This document shows positions 10,601-20,734 of a stretch of 37,757 nt of DNA, piece after piece. The stretch covers positions 1 to 37,757 of the forward strand of contig CAXUUL010000072.1 of assembly GCA_964255285.1 (NCBI GenBank), written 5' to 3'. A model generated the notes under the pieces. The model was not told the origin of the DNA. It searched no databases and was given only the letters and a program-made list of their open reading frames with translations. Each line of letters opens with the position of its first letter. The stretch's first letter is position 1. A program made the translations under genes and the position numbers. This stretch comes from Ionaspis alba (lineage: Eukaryota).

Positions 10601-13600
10601 AGTCTAGGCTTGGTCTAGATGATTTTACCACTGAGCGAGTCTGGTCTCGTTTACACATATCCATAAAGGATGACTCAAATATCGGACAGCGAGACCTCAA
10701 CATTGCCGGAGAGTATCGGCTTCATGCTGATTGCGGCACGGCATCTGGAGCTCTGCACCAGAAATTCACTGATGGAAAGCCTGAGAACTTTTTCCTATTC
10801 CTTGATCCCGAGCGTCAAGGTGCTCCAGACAACGATGAATTCGTCTTCTCGTCGGACATTCGGCGGATGAACTACCAAGAACATCGCCATATTGAAGCCC
10901 GGATCGGCAAAGCTTACTCTGCTGCTAAGTCTTGGCTGGATCTTCATAAGTGTGGAAATGCCGCTATGAAGAAATGGCGACCACGAGCAGAAGAGAAGCA
11001 GACAGCTGTCTGTACTGTCTACGGGTCTTGGGTGCCTTGCGCAGCCTTCATTAGACCGTCCGTTGACGAAACCACGGCCCTTTCCGCAGCGGTGAATGAC
11101 TTCGACCCGTCTCTCAACAATACAATACCAGCCACCGGCTCGAGCCAGCTCATCGAGCGTCGCTGCGCTGACGCCGTGAGACCAATACTTGCATGCACGG
11201 TACCCAACACGCATTTCGTGGGCAAAGAATGGAAGAAAGAGCGATGGATTAGAATCGATCATGTGAATGAACGCCAGATGTTCAGCTCGATTGCATGGCT
11301 GACTGAGAGGTCTACCAATCTCGATGGATTCTCTTCTGGTTGGAGACCCCTGAATCTACCCAAAATGCATGCACGCTGTGAAGAGTGTGCTCCTCGTCGC
11401 CCAAGCATTTTGTGGGAGCTAGACCACAAGAATAAGATGAGTCCGTTCGAGCATCCTGCTCATACTGGCCCATACGAGCGCGCAATGAAGACAAAGCCGT
11501 CACCATTGGACGTATTTGTTCGATGGAATGATAATCACGACCTCGATTTGCTTATCAACGTCAACATTCAAGCGCTTGCGCATCGAGCGGCTGCAAGACT
11601 ATTAGATGCTGATTCTAGCGAAATGGTCAATTTGACTTGGAGGCTGGAGACCCAATATCAGTTCGGAGAGCTGCCAACTCTTCCGCGGTTCACACTACCT
11701 AATAACAAACACGATATCCCAATGCCTCACACATTCCCGGGTAAGCCAAAGAGTTCGGCTCCGTATGCGCTCCGAATCGAGCAGCAGCGTTCGTTACGAT
11801 GGATGGTTAACCGTGAAGCACCGAATGTTATACCTTTCATTGAGCAAGCAAGTGAGGAATTTTGCTTGCCTAGCCTGGGATGGCGCATTGAAGCGCGAGC
11901 TTCCAGAGCTCGCACCATACGAGGTGGTGTCCTTGCTGATGAGGTCGGCTACGGGAAAACCATCACTACTCTTGCTCTAATCGACCGTCAACGTGTTCAG
12001 GCTAAAGTGGACGCGAATTGTTCACGGCCTGGCAAAATATCAGTAAGGGCTACACTTATTGTTGCTTCACAGACCCTCGTCCTTCAGTGGCAAGATGAGG
12101 CCGAGAAATTTCTTGGCTCGAAATACACTGTCAAGCTCATCAAGAACATTGCAGAGTTGAAAAGCCTTCGTGTTTCCGAAGTGCTCTCTGCGGATATTGT
12201 AATTGTCTCATCATCGATCTTCCACCATCAAATTTACCTGAAGAGACTATCTCAATTTGCCGCGATGCCGGAAGTGCCGACAAGACCTCCGCTTCGTGCT
12301 CTCGATGCCTGGATGTCTCGCGCTTTGGACCGTGTCCGATTGCATACAGACGAGTTGGCGGCTAATCCAATGCCAGCGCAATTCGGGAAGACTTTGCACG
12401 AAAGACTGAAGCAGGCGGCTACAGACGACGATTTGCTAGAGCAGGTGCCATCACAGATCCCCTCCAAACGTTTACGAGGAAGTGAGTTCCTAAAGGCACG
12501 AAAGCGTCGCAGAGAAGCGGCGAGGGCTGCAGCTACAGCAAAAGCTAGAGAAGAGAAGAAAGCCGACGCAAGGAAGAAGGCTATTGAGGAGGGATTGGAC
12601 GAATCTGGGGGCACTTCAGATGATGAGCAAGAGTCCGACAATAGTCCAGGGAAATCGGCCAAGGTAGCACGCGCTTCAAAGGCTTCGCACCAGTCCAGTA
12701 CCGCTTCGTTAGGTTACGACGCGAGCGATACCGATCCATTCAAGCTAGACAAGGCACAGGGTCTCGATCAACTAATGGGCCCCGTGCTCCAAATGTTCCA
12801 CTGGGATCGCGTTGTTATCGACGAATATGCCTCCGAGAAGGAACAGACATTCGCTGTCGCCATGAAATCCCTCGAGTCGACCAAGCGGTGGATCCTTTCA
12901 GGCACGCCGGCTTTGGGCGATGTTGCCGATATTAAATTCATGGCCAGCTTTTTTGATGTGAACCTAGGCGAGATTGATGATGCAGCTGGAGCGCTGAAAG
13001 GCCGGAATGCTAGAATGGTTGGAGCTGATAGGACTCGTAAGTTGTCGTCTTCTATTGCTTACAGAGTGCTGAGTTTCAACAGCTACAGAAAAGTTTGAAG
13101 CTTGCCAGAAGCATCGCTCAGCAAAACTAGCTGATGAATTCGCCCTGTATGCTCAAAATTTCCTCAATCATTTCATTCGTCAGGTAAGCGCTCTTATCTA
13201 ACCCGTTTCAGGACTCTATCCCGTAGCTTACAGTTCACTCCAGAATACCGCGGAAATCGATGAGATCAAAGCAGTAACGCATCTCCTACCAATTTGGCTA
13301 GAGACAGCACACCAAGCCATATATCTTGAGTGCAAAATGCAGCTTCTTGCACAAGAGATGACTCTGCGAAAAGGCAATCGATCTTCATTGCACAACGACC
13401 GCACACGGCGTCAAAAAGCTTTATTCAAGACCAGCAAATCAGCCGAAGAAGCTTTGATGAAGCGCTGCTCTCACTTCCAGCTTGACGACACTGACCAGCA
13501 ACCAGACGACGCTGAATCTGCCTGCCTGATGATCATAGAGGAACGCAAGCGTGAAATAGAAGAGCTTTACTCTGCTCTTGAGAAGCAACTGAGTTTTTCA

Positions 13601-15501
13601 AAGGCACTCAAATACGTGTGCGGCGACAAAGATGTTCACTACTCGACGTGGCTCCTCCATGTCGATGGTGGTAATTATGGTGATGCTGAAGCAACAAGCC
13701 AGCTGAAGAACTTCATTCGGAATGTTGTTCCGTATAAAGGGAGGTTTTCCGAAATCGACTGGACGCTGAAACCGCCAGCACTCAAGGAGCACAAGATGAG
13801 AGGATCAAGTAACGTCATGCAGGCAAAATTTATAAAGAACAAGCCAGCGCCCAGGAGGAAGAAGGTTACTCCAGAGACCGATGATTCAGAAGACAAATTC
13901 CAAGACGATTCGCAAGATTGCTCCCTTGATGAATCGCAGGATGAGTCGGTCAATGACTCTCAAGAAGACTACAAGCCGCAGAGCACAAGGAGAACCAGGG
14001 TCTCAGAAAAAGAAGAGCGACCACAATATGTGGTCAGGAAGACAAACAAAGCCGCTGGGAAGAAGCCTACCTCGAAGGCGAGGACCGTTCGCAGCTGTAG
14101 CGAGCAGCGAGAAGAAGGACAAGCACATAAACCTGGCAAGAGAAGCAATCCGTCAAAGAGAAAGAGGCCAGACAGCAGGACCGATGATTATGGCGATGAT
14201 ACGGGAACACGAGCTGTGAAAAGAAATAAGACAACCCCAGCCACCAAGGTATTCGAGCAAAGCGACAAGCAGCAACGAACAGATGACAAGGAGAGTAACA
14301 TAGCCGTCAAAACTCAGGAAAAGGACAAGACGAAGTCTGCCAAAGGCAAGGTATCGACCTCCGCCAGGGTCGAAGACGAAGAAACGAAAAACTTTGAGCC
14401 AGAGATCCAGCTTCGTAGAGTCAAAGAAGAGCTACACAAAATGGCTGTTGAACTTGCTCTACGCACGAGGGCTCTACGCTTCATTACTAATGTCCGCAAA
14501 GTCCAGCTCTGGCAGGCCGAACAGCAAAGCAATCCCGGATTGAATTTTACTACTGATTGCGCTCATGAAACTACCCTTTCCGATCAGCTATACGTCCTTG
14601 GTCAGTGTGGCCATACATCCTGCAGAATATGTCTCGTTAGTAGAAGCAATAAAACCAAGTGTCTGATGGAGGGCTGCCGTGCGCCTGCACTCGACTACCA
14701 CTTGATCTCTGCAACTGACTTCCACCCTCGGCACACACAAACTCCTCAAAACAATAATGGTCAGCGCGGCTCTGCAAGTGTAGACACATCTAAGAGGAGA
14801 GTAAATGGGCCAAAGGAGGCTGTCAGCTATGGTGCTAAAATTGCCGAAATCGTCCGTATCCTCCAGGAAATTGAGGCGAAGAGTGAGCAGGCCTTGCTGT
14901 TTGTGCAGTTCGATGATCTGATGAGTACATTGTCTGGCGCTTTCGATCATTACGGAATCTCTCATTTCAAAGTCGATCAAAAAGCTGCCGCACGATCAAC
15001 AGGGAAGGACTCGGGCAGTACTATGCTCAAGGAATTCAAAGATCTGAAAAGGGAGAGAAGAACCGTTTTGATGCTTAACTCTGGCGACGCTTCAGCTGCC
15101 GGCCAGTAAGTCGATCTAAACCTATCTACGTGAACGAAATTTGGTACTGATTTGAGTTCGCTAGCAATTTAACCAATGCCAACCATGTCCTCTTCGTATC
15201 CCCTCTTTTTACCGCTTCGAGGTACGAATACGATGCAACTTACGCGCAGGCCATTGGAAGAGCTCGTCGTTATGGTCAGAACAAGATTGTTCATGTGTAT
15301 CACTTCCTAGCCCTCAAAACGGTCGATATCGACATACTCGAGAAGCGCAATCCGGAGAAGAAAGCTGTCTTTAGACAATCTGGCGACGCGTTTGAGCTCG
15401 TCACGACTACTGGTCTTAGGGAAGATGAGAAAACACAACAGTGGGCTTCAGAAGGCTTCGAGGCTACTGATCTTCGGGACGATTCGGACAGTGAAGATTG
15501 A
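7651..15501 (+). CDS. DNMT5: DNMT5-family C5-cytosine DNA methyltransferase fused to a RING-containing SNF2 ATPase; exons 7651-8227, 8280-8424, 8477-9412, 9462-13036, 13083-13183, 13244-15105, 15165-15501
   Basis: MTase motifs: I VATMCSGTESP, II FSAEIEPFKQAYIERNF, IV LLVAGFACVDYS (catalytic Cys), VI ILENV, VIII LPHTRQRIYL, X DLAGNAMTSTVV. A Cys/His cluster follows. SNF2 motifs: GGVLADEVGYGKT, WDRVVIDE, WILSGTP, LLFVQF, NLTNANHVLF, QAIGRARRYGQ. RING-like CGH-x2-C-x2-C. All six introns are GT-AG and keep frame. The start codon is the least certain part. Confidence 0.92.
13880..13975 (+). repeat. Degenerate 24-bp x4 coding tandem repeat in DNMT5 (DDSEDKFQ/DDSQDCSL/DESQDESV/NDSQEDYK)
   Basis: Units gatgattcagaagacaaattccaa / gacgattcgcaagattgctccctt / gatgaatcgcaggatgagtcggtc / aatgactctcaagaagactacaag. 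Confidence 0.7.
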
Positions 15502-16216
15502 GCGCCAACTTTGTGAATATCAGGCCCGGCTTTCTATGTCAATGCTTGGGATTTGTAACATACGGGAAGGCCCCAGAAATATGAGTGTATTAGGATAGAG
15601 GAGACGAGTAGTGGAGTGTTGTACTAAAAGCTTGCATCATGATTCTCTACGATGTGTTACGCTTGGTGGTCGGTCAAGATACTTTCTGCTTAACTACATG
15701 AAACTCGCCAACTCTTCTATACAAAATTCGTTACTGCTCATTGACCTACTTAACATGGTAAAGGTCCTGGAGATATCCACCCAAGTGCTCAGTACATCTA
15801 GTAGGACTAAACAAGCAAGAGCATTATCGATACAGCTATGTTTCACCCTAGTCTCTTCACTTTATCAGGCCAAAGTCTTGAAGACTCACAACGTCACGTC
15901 GGTCAGTTCTAATCTTGTCCTGTCTCTTTGCCCATGAGATCATGCAATAGGAGGAATTCCATCATTTACCGCAAGATTTAGAAGCCAAGTCTTTTGAGGC
16001 CACATCCTTACAGCCTCCGTAGGCTATTTATACTCGTCTTGCAACCAGACACGAACCTTCTATTATCTCTGCATTTCTCACGCAGGGCATCCACGTAATT
16101 TAGAGATTGTTGTCGCCACGCATCGTCACTAGCATTGTCGCCAAATTCCAAGTAAAGAGGATGTCGGCTAGCTTGCTCGACACGTCTCTTTCACGCAGTA
16201 CTTCCCAATGTCTTGT

Positions 16217-16241
16217 GTTGAACATTTAAAGAATGTTCAAC
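16217..16241. repeat. Perfect 10-bp inverted repeat with 5-nt spacer
   Basis: GTTGAACATT-TAAAG-AATGTTCAAC. Confidence 0.85.
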
Positions 16242-16374
16242 GCCAGAACGCACCACGATAAAACACCTCAGAAATGACTCGAGCAAACCAGATCCGCGCC
16301 AAGCCTTCAGTGCCAATTCACTCCGCTGGTGTTGCCCTTAGCGCGATCGCGAAGCGAATCTGTGCTATTTAGTT

Positions 16375-16749
16375 TCACATCACTTTTACTTCCTCGACCT
16401 CGACCAGAGTCCCAACACTACTTGCAAACAATCTTTGCATGAGCTTCCCCATGGCTGTCTCGCTGTTCTCGAACTTCTTACGAGCCTGCTCTGTCTCCCA
16501 ATGAGCTTCCAAGCCGAGTTCTTGTACGAGTGTGTTGTCTGAGTTCTTTTCTGTGTTGACCTTAACGTTCTCAGATCGATCCACTCTCAACATCGCTGCG
16601 AGATTCTTCACCTCCTTCCAGCACCATTCACCTGCGATACTCTTCCTCTTATCTGTACTCGACTCCATCCATCGACATGTCTGGCCACCGCCACGGAAAC
16701 TCGTCTGAAAGGAGTTGTAATATTGGGGCGGGAAGTGTAATACCATCAT
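16375..16749 (-). CDS. Hypothetical 124-aa protein, head-to-head with the JmjC gene
   Basis: ATG-initiated ORF with globular-looking composition (…LEAHWETEQARKKFE…) in otherwise intergenic DNA. No family recognised. Confidence 0.3.
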   Translation of the reverse strand: MMVLHFPPQYYNSFQTSFRGGGQTCRWMESSTDKRKSIAGEWCWKEVKNLAAMLRVDRSENVKVNTEKNSDNTLVQELGLEAHWETEQARKKFENSETAMGKLMQRLFASSVGTLVEVEEVKVM

Positions 16750-16867
16750 CGCAGAACAAAGAAAGAGTACTAGTAAGGTATAGAAGAGATTCCACTATGC
16801 TGTCAAGCAATAGTAGCGAATGTCGTTCTAACGATTCCAAAGCGTAGAACAGGGCGACGATAGAGAG

Positions 16868-19404
16868 ATGGACGTGACGGCCACGCTCCCAAAGCGCAGG
16901 TCAGTCACCCAGCTCCAGCACGACAGAGAAAGACATTGACAAGGCTTAATATAGACTTCTGGGAAGCGCTTGTTCCCCAACCATATCTGAGAACCACGGG
17001 AAGCAACCGCAGCGGCACCGCCGAAAGTCGCGAATGCTTCAAGAGCTCGAAGATCACAACTCACCTCCAACACGTTCCGAATCACCTGCAAGCTTCAGCA
17101 CTTCCAAGGACCGAGTCTCAGCTAGGGGTAAGAAACCACACAGGAAGGATGGCACGAATATGCAAAAGGAGCTCGCCAGCTTCAACGATGACACACAACC
17201 GGATGCAATGATTGGGTTCCTTACTGACTCCGGTATCCGCAATACTCGAAGGACCACGCGATTCCTGACCAAGCTTCTCAACAACCAGGAGCTCCCAAAG
17301 GAGAGAACGTTGAATGAGTTACAGCTGGCTGGTCTTGCCACTGCTACCAAGGAGGAAAATCGTGATTTTGAGACAGAGGAAGAGACCGACGAGGACAACG
17401 ATGATGATAGCAACTTCTTAGGAAGTCGTTCACCAATGAGCGTAGATACGGATGTCGATGCTACCATCGACGAAAATTCTGAACATGAGACGAAAGCAAT
17501 TTCCGCGTCCTCTGTTGCAGTCAACAGAGGAGTCCGACGTCCAACTAGACGTCCAATCAATTTCAACATTATTAGCAAGCAACCTGAACTCGCTCCAAGT
17601 GTGAGCTGGGATCAGTGGCACCGTGACAAGCGTAAGTTCATACGGAGACATAGACTGCTGGGGGTCGCCGTTCCAGTTTATATTGAGTGGCTCACCGGTA
17701 GATATTGGCTGACTTACTTGTGTCCACAGAGCAAGTCAACGCGCTGCTGGAGACGCCTAGATACGCCGTATCTCCCGTCCGCACGCTTTCGAATCAGGCC
17801 GAGCAGCCCGCCTATCAGCCGTTGATAGACATTCCAGACGGGTACAACTTTCACATGGACAACGGCACTGTCACGTTTGCTCCTACACTAGAAGTCTTTC
17901 GAGACTTTGGACCTTTTTTATCAGTAGTGGAAGAGATTGCTGGGCGTAAGAATGGTTGTGTAAAGATCATTGTTCCCGAAGGCGCTTCGACTCCAACTGG
18001 CCCTCAAGCTGTACCGCGAGCGAACTTGATGCTACCATCCCAGCTCATTCGAGGATCCAAGAAATCCCTCCAATCGCAGGCTGTTGTTGCTTACCACATC
18101 GAGCAATTTCAGACAGCAAGTCAGCCTGCGAGTTGTTACGCCATAGAACAGCACCGCAGAGAGGTTGTGGAGGGATGGGCGCTGAACCCGAATCGGTGGG
18201 TGGATGCCTGGAAAGATGTGACCTTCGAAGATAGTTTCAAGGAGGCCAAGATGGTCGAGTACTTGAGTAGCCAGGATACAGACCTGATTCCAAAAGCGTC
18301 CTTCCACGAACCAGGTATACATACCGCTTCTTACTTTGCATGACCAGCGCCAGAAAACTGACATTATCTAGCAAGTCACGATCTGCGCGTCGTCCTTGAC
18401 CTAGATGATCCAGAACTCGCAAAATTATCAGGCAATCGTCTCCACGAATCTATGTCGACACTTGTAGGGTATCAATCGTCCCAGCTGGAGGTCGCCCATA
18501 GCAAGGGAGTCCCAAATGGTTTGCACTGCAAAGACTTTGCAACGTACTCCATCAGCTATCTGCACAAGGTTCAATCTTCGATCACTCCTCGGCCTTAGAA
18601 TGAAAGTCTAACACTTGACAGGGAGCACCCAAGTGCTGGACGATCATCAGACCCAAGCATCACGCCAAGCTAGAAGAGACCTTGCACTTCTTGACCGCGC
18701 AGCACCACTTAGAAACGGAAGAGGGCGTCCGAGCAAAGGAACCACCACAATGTGATCAGTTTATCCGTCATCAAGCCCTGTATCTACCACAAGCGACCCT
18801 CGAGCTCTTCAACGTGGAGTTCAGTGTCGTAGCTCAGCACCAGAACGAGATGCTTATCACTTTTCCGTATGCCTATTGCCAGGCTTACAGCACAGGACCC
18901 AACATCGTGGAAGAAATGGCATACGCGAGTCGGCGTTGGGAGGTCTTCCACAAGAAGCAGCTCTACCATCCATGTGGATCGAAATGCTCGCAAAGAGCCC
19001 CAGCTCTGGATCTCACCTTCATCAGGACTTCGCACGGACGAGCTGCTGGATTCCAGCCTAGGTTGGCCAAAGGCTCAAGTAACCTTGGAGACGAGCTCTT
19101 CGATGGTGAGAGTGGCTCGTCAGCTTCGGATCAGATGGACTGGGAGGGCGATGATGGGGACTGGTCTGAGTCCGGAAACAAGCCGAGTGCGCCTGCTCGT
19201 GGAGGTCGAGGATCGAAGCATCCTCCCTCTTCGAAAACTTTTCGCAACGGAGGTAATGGCGACGCGCCTAGAAAGCCGGCCATGGGAGCGGTCCTTCCTC
19301 CTGTCGGACTCTTTCGTGGGGTGAAGCGAGCAACAGATCAGGCGGTGGTTGGGAAGGTTGATGACTTGTTCAGCAGTATGAGCAAGCGTCAGCGTATCTC
19401 GTGA
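16868..19404 (+). CDS. KDM4/Rph1-like JmjN+JmjC protein, predicted catalytically inactive; exons 16868-16899, 16955-17631, 17730-18314, 18372-18568, 18622-19404
   Basis: JmjN-like TVTFAPTLEVFRDF...GCVKIIVP. JmjC-like LHCKDFATYSISYLHKGAPKCWTII...CDQFIRHQ...QHQNEMLITFPYAYCQAYSTGPNIVEEMAYA, collinear with KDM4 [23 protein letters not shown]...CEAFLRHK...[31 protein letters not shown]. Four GT-AG introns give one continuous frame. The 5' exon is less certain. Confidence 0.82.
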
Positions 19405-20734
19405 GGAGAGCCTAGAGCCCATCGTGGGGAATGGCCGCATTGGATGGCCTTTTTGTGTCACTCCATCTTTGAGTACCCTCCTGTCAGACGGGCTTTATGT
19501 ATGCAAGATATTTGTGATGGGATGCTCGCGTGGGGTGATGTATGGTTTCACCAAGTGTTGAAGGTAGCAGGTAATGTGCAAGCTTGCACGAAGTGTTCTG
19601 GGGTATGTCTTGTGTATCGGACACTTATGTAGCCTCGTCACGCAGGTGGACTGGGGAATGGTCTTGTAAAGCAGTGATCGTGCATGCAATGAATGGTTTT
19701 TCTGTTCGTGATACTCCAGAATGCTCAAAGGCGTAAGATTGATTTGCGTTAGACCATGTGTTACTGAAGACAACGATTGATTTGATGTTGAAGCCTGGAC
19801 AACGAGAACATTCACTACATAAGCACGAAAGAGGTAGCACCTTTTGTTCAACGCAATGTTCGGAAGTTCTGAGTTCCTTCCCACTCTTGGCTTTTATTGG
19901 TGGCCTTGCTTGCACTGTTTTAGTTGTTGATTGGGATAGAATTTCTCCTATAATCTACATACATGACTTGCGCAGGAGAGGTGCATTCCATTGACTTATT
20001 CGCCAAGAACAAGATTACCAAATCGTGAGCTCTGTGCAGTATATCCGGCCTCTCCTGTGTTTTCTTACCCGTCGACCCCTAGACGACTCCCGGCCGATAT
20101 GTGGAGACCAATAAGAAGATGGTCGCCTGGACCATTTCCCCCCGAGACAACCAAAAGTGTGCCGAACTGTGCACGACCTGGTGTAACGCGGATAACGTCA
20201 AATCCTCCACTTTGACCCTTCAATCATTCGTCCGCCCTGATCGACTTTCTTCAGGCTCGCCATCTCCAATTCTCGTTCCACCAAATCGGCTTCCTTGAGA
20301 TTGCTTCAACGGCCGTACACAACTGTTGTCGATTACCCACGGCAGCCTTCCAACGGTTACGCAAGCAAGTCGCGCCGCTCTTGCCAGCTTTGCGCCCGCT
20401 CCGCTCCGAACACATTCTTCGACGTCTGACCGTGCCACGGTAGCAAGAACGATCCTACGCGAGAGAAATTTCCACTCGCAAGCTTCCTCTCGAATTTCCG
20501 TACTAAAGCATGGCGCAGAGTGCCAATCAAAGACTGGGACGAAAGTAAAGAATTGGAGGGATTTATTGAGTAAAGTCAGTTGAAGGAGAGAAAGAATACC
20601 CTCGGCAGGATCTCCGGGAAGGATTGTGTTTCACTCGGCCAGATATAGAATAAGACGAGAATGTCAGCATCGCATGGATTCTCCGCATAAGCCGTGAACG
20701 CTTGGAGACTACAGAAACTTCGCTTTTCGTCGAA

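Noticed and set aside
9610..14980. Numerous 60-155 aa antisense or alternate-frame ORFs over DNMT5 (likewise over MIT, HIS7 and MPE1)
   Set aside because: Shadow ORFs of long coding exons with no motifs.
4750..19900. Starship or other giant mobile element carrying DNMT5/JmjC
   Set aside because: No DUF3435 tyrosine-recombinase captain, transposase, terminal repeats or target-site duplication recognised; only the weak Myb-like fragment hints at it.
19900..20700. Short ORFs upstream of the MIT gene
   Set aside because: No domain or coherent splice path; probably promoter or long 5' UTR, although uORFs or extra 5' exons cannot be excluded.
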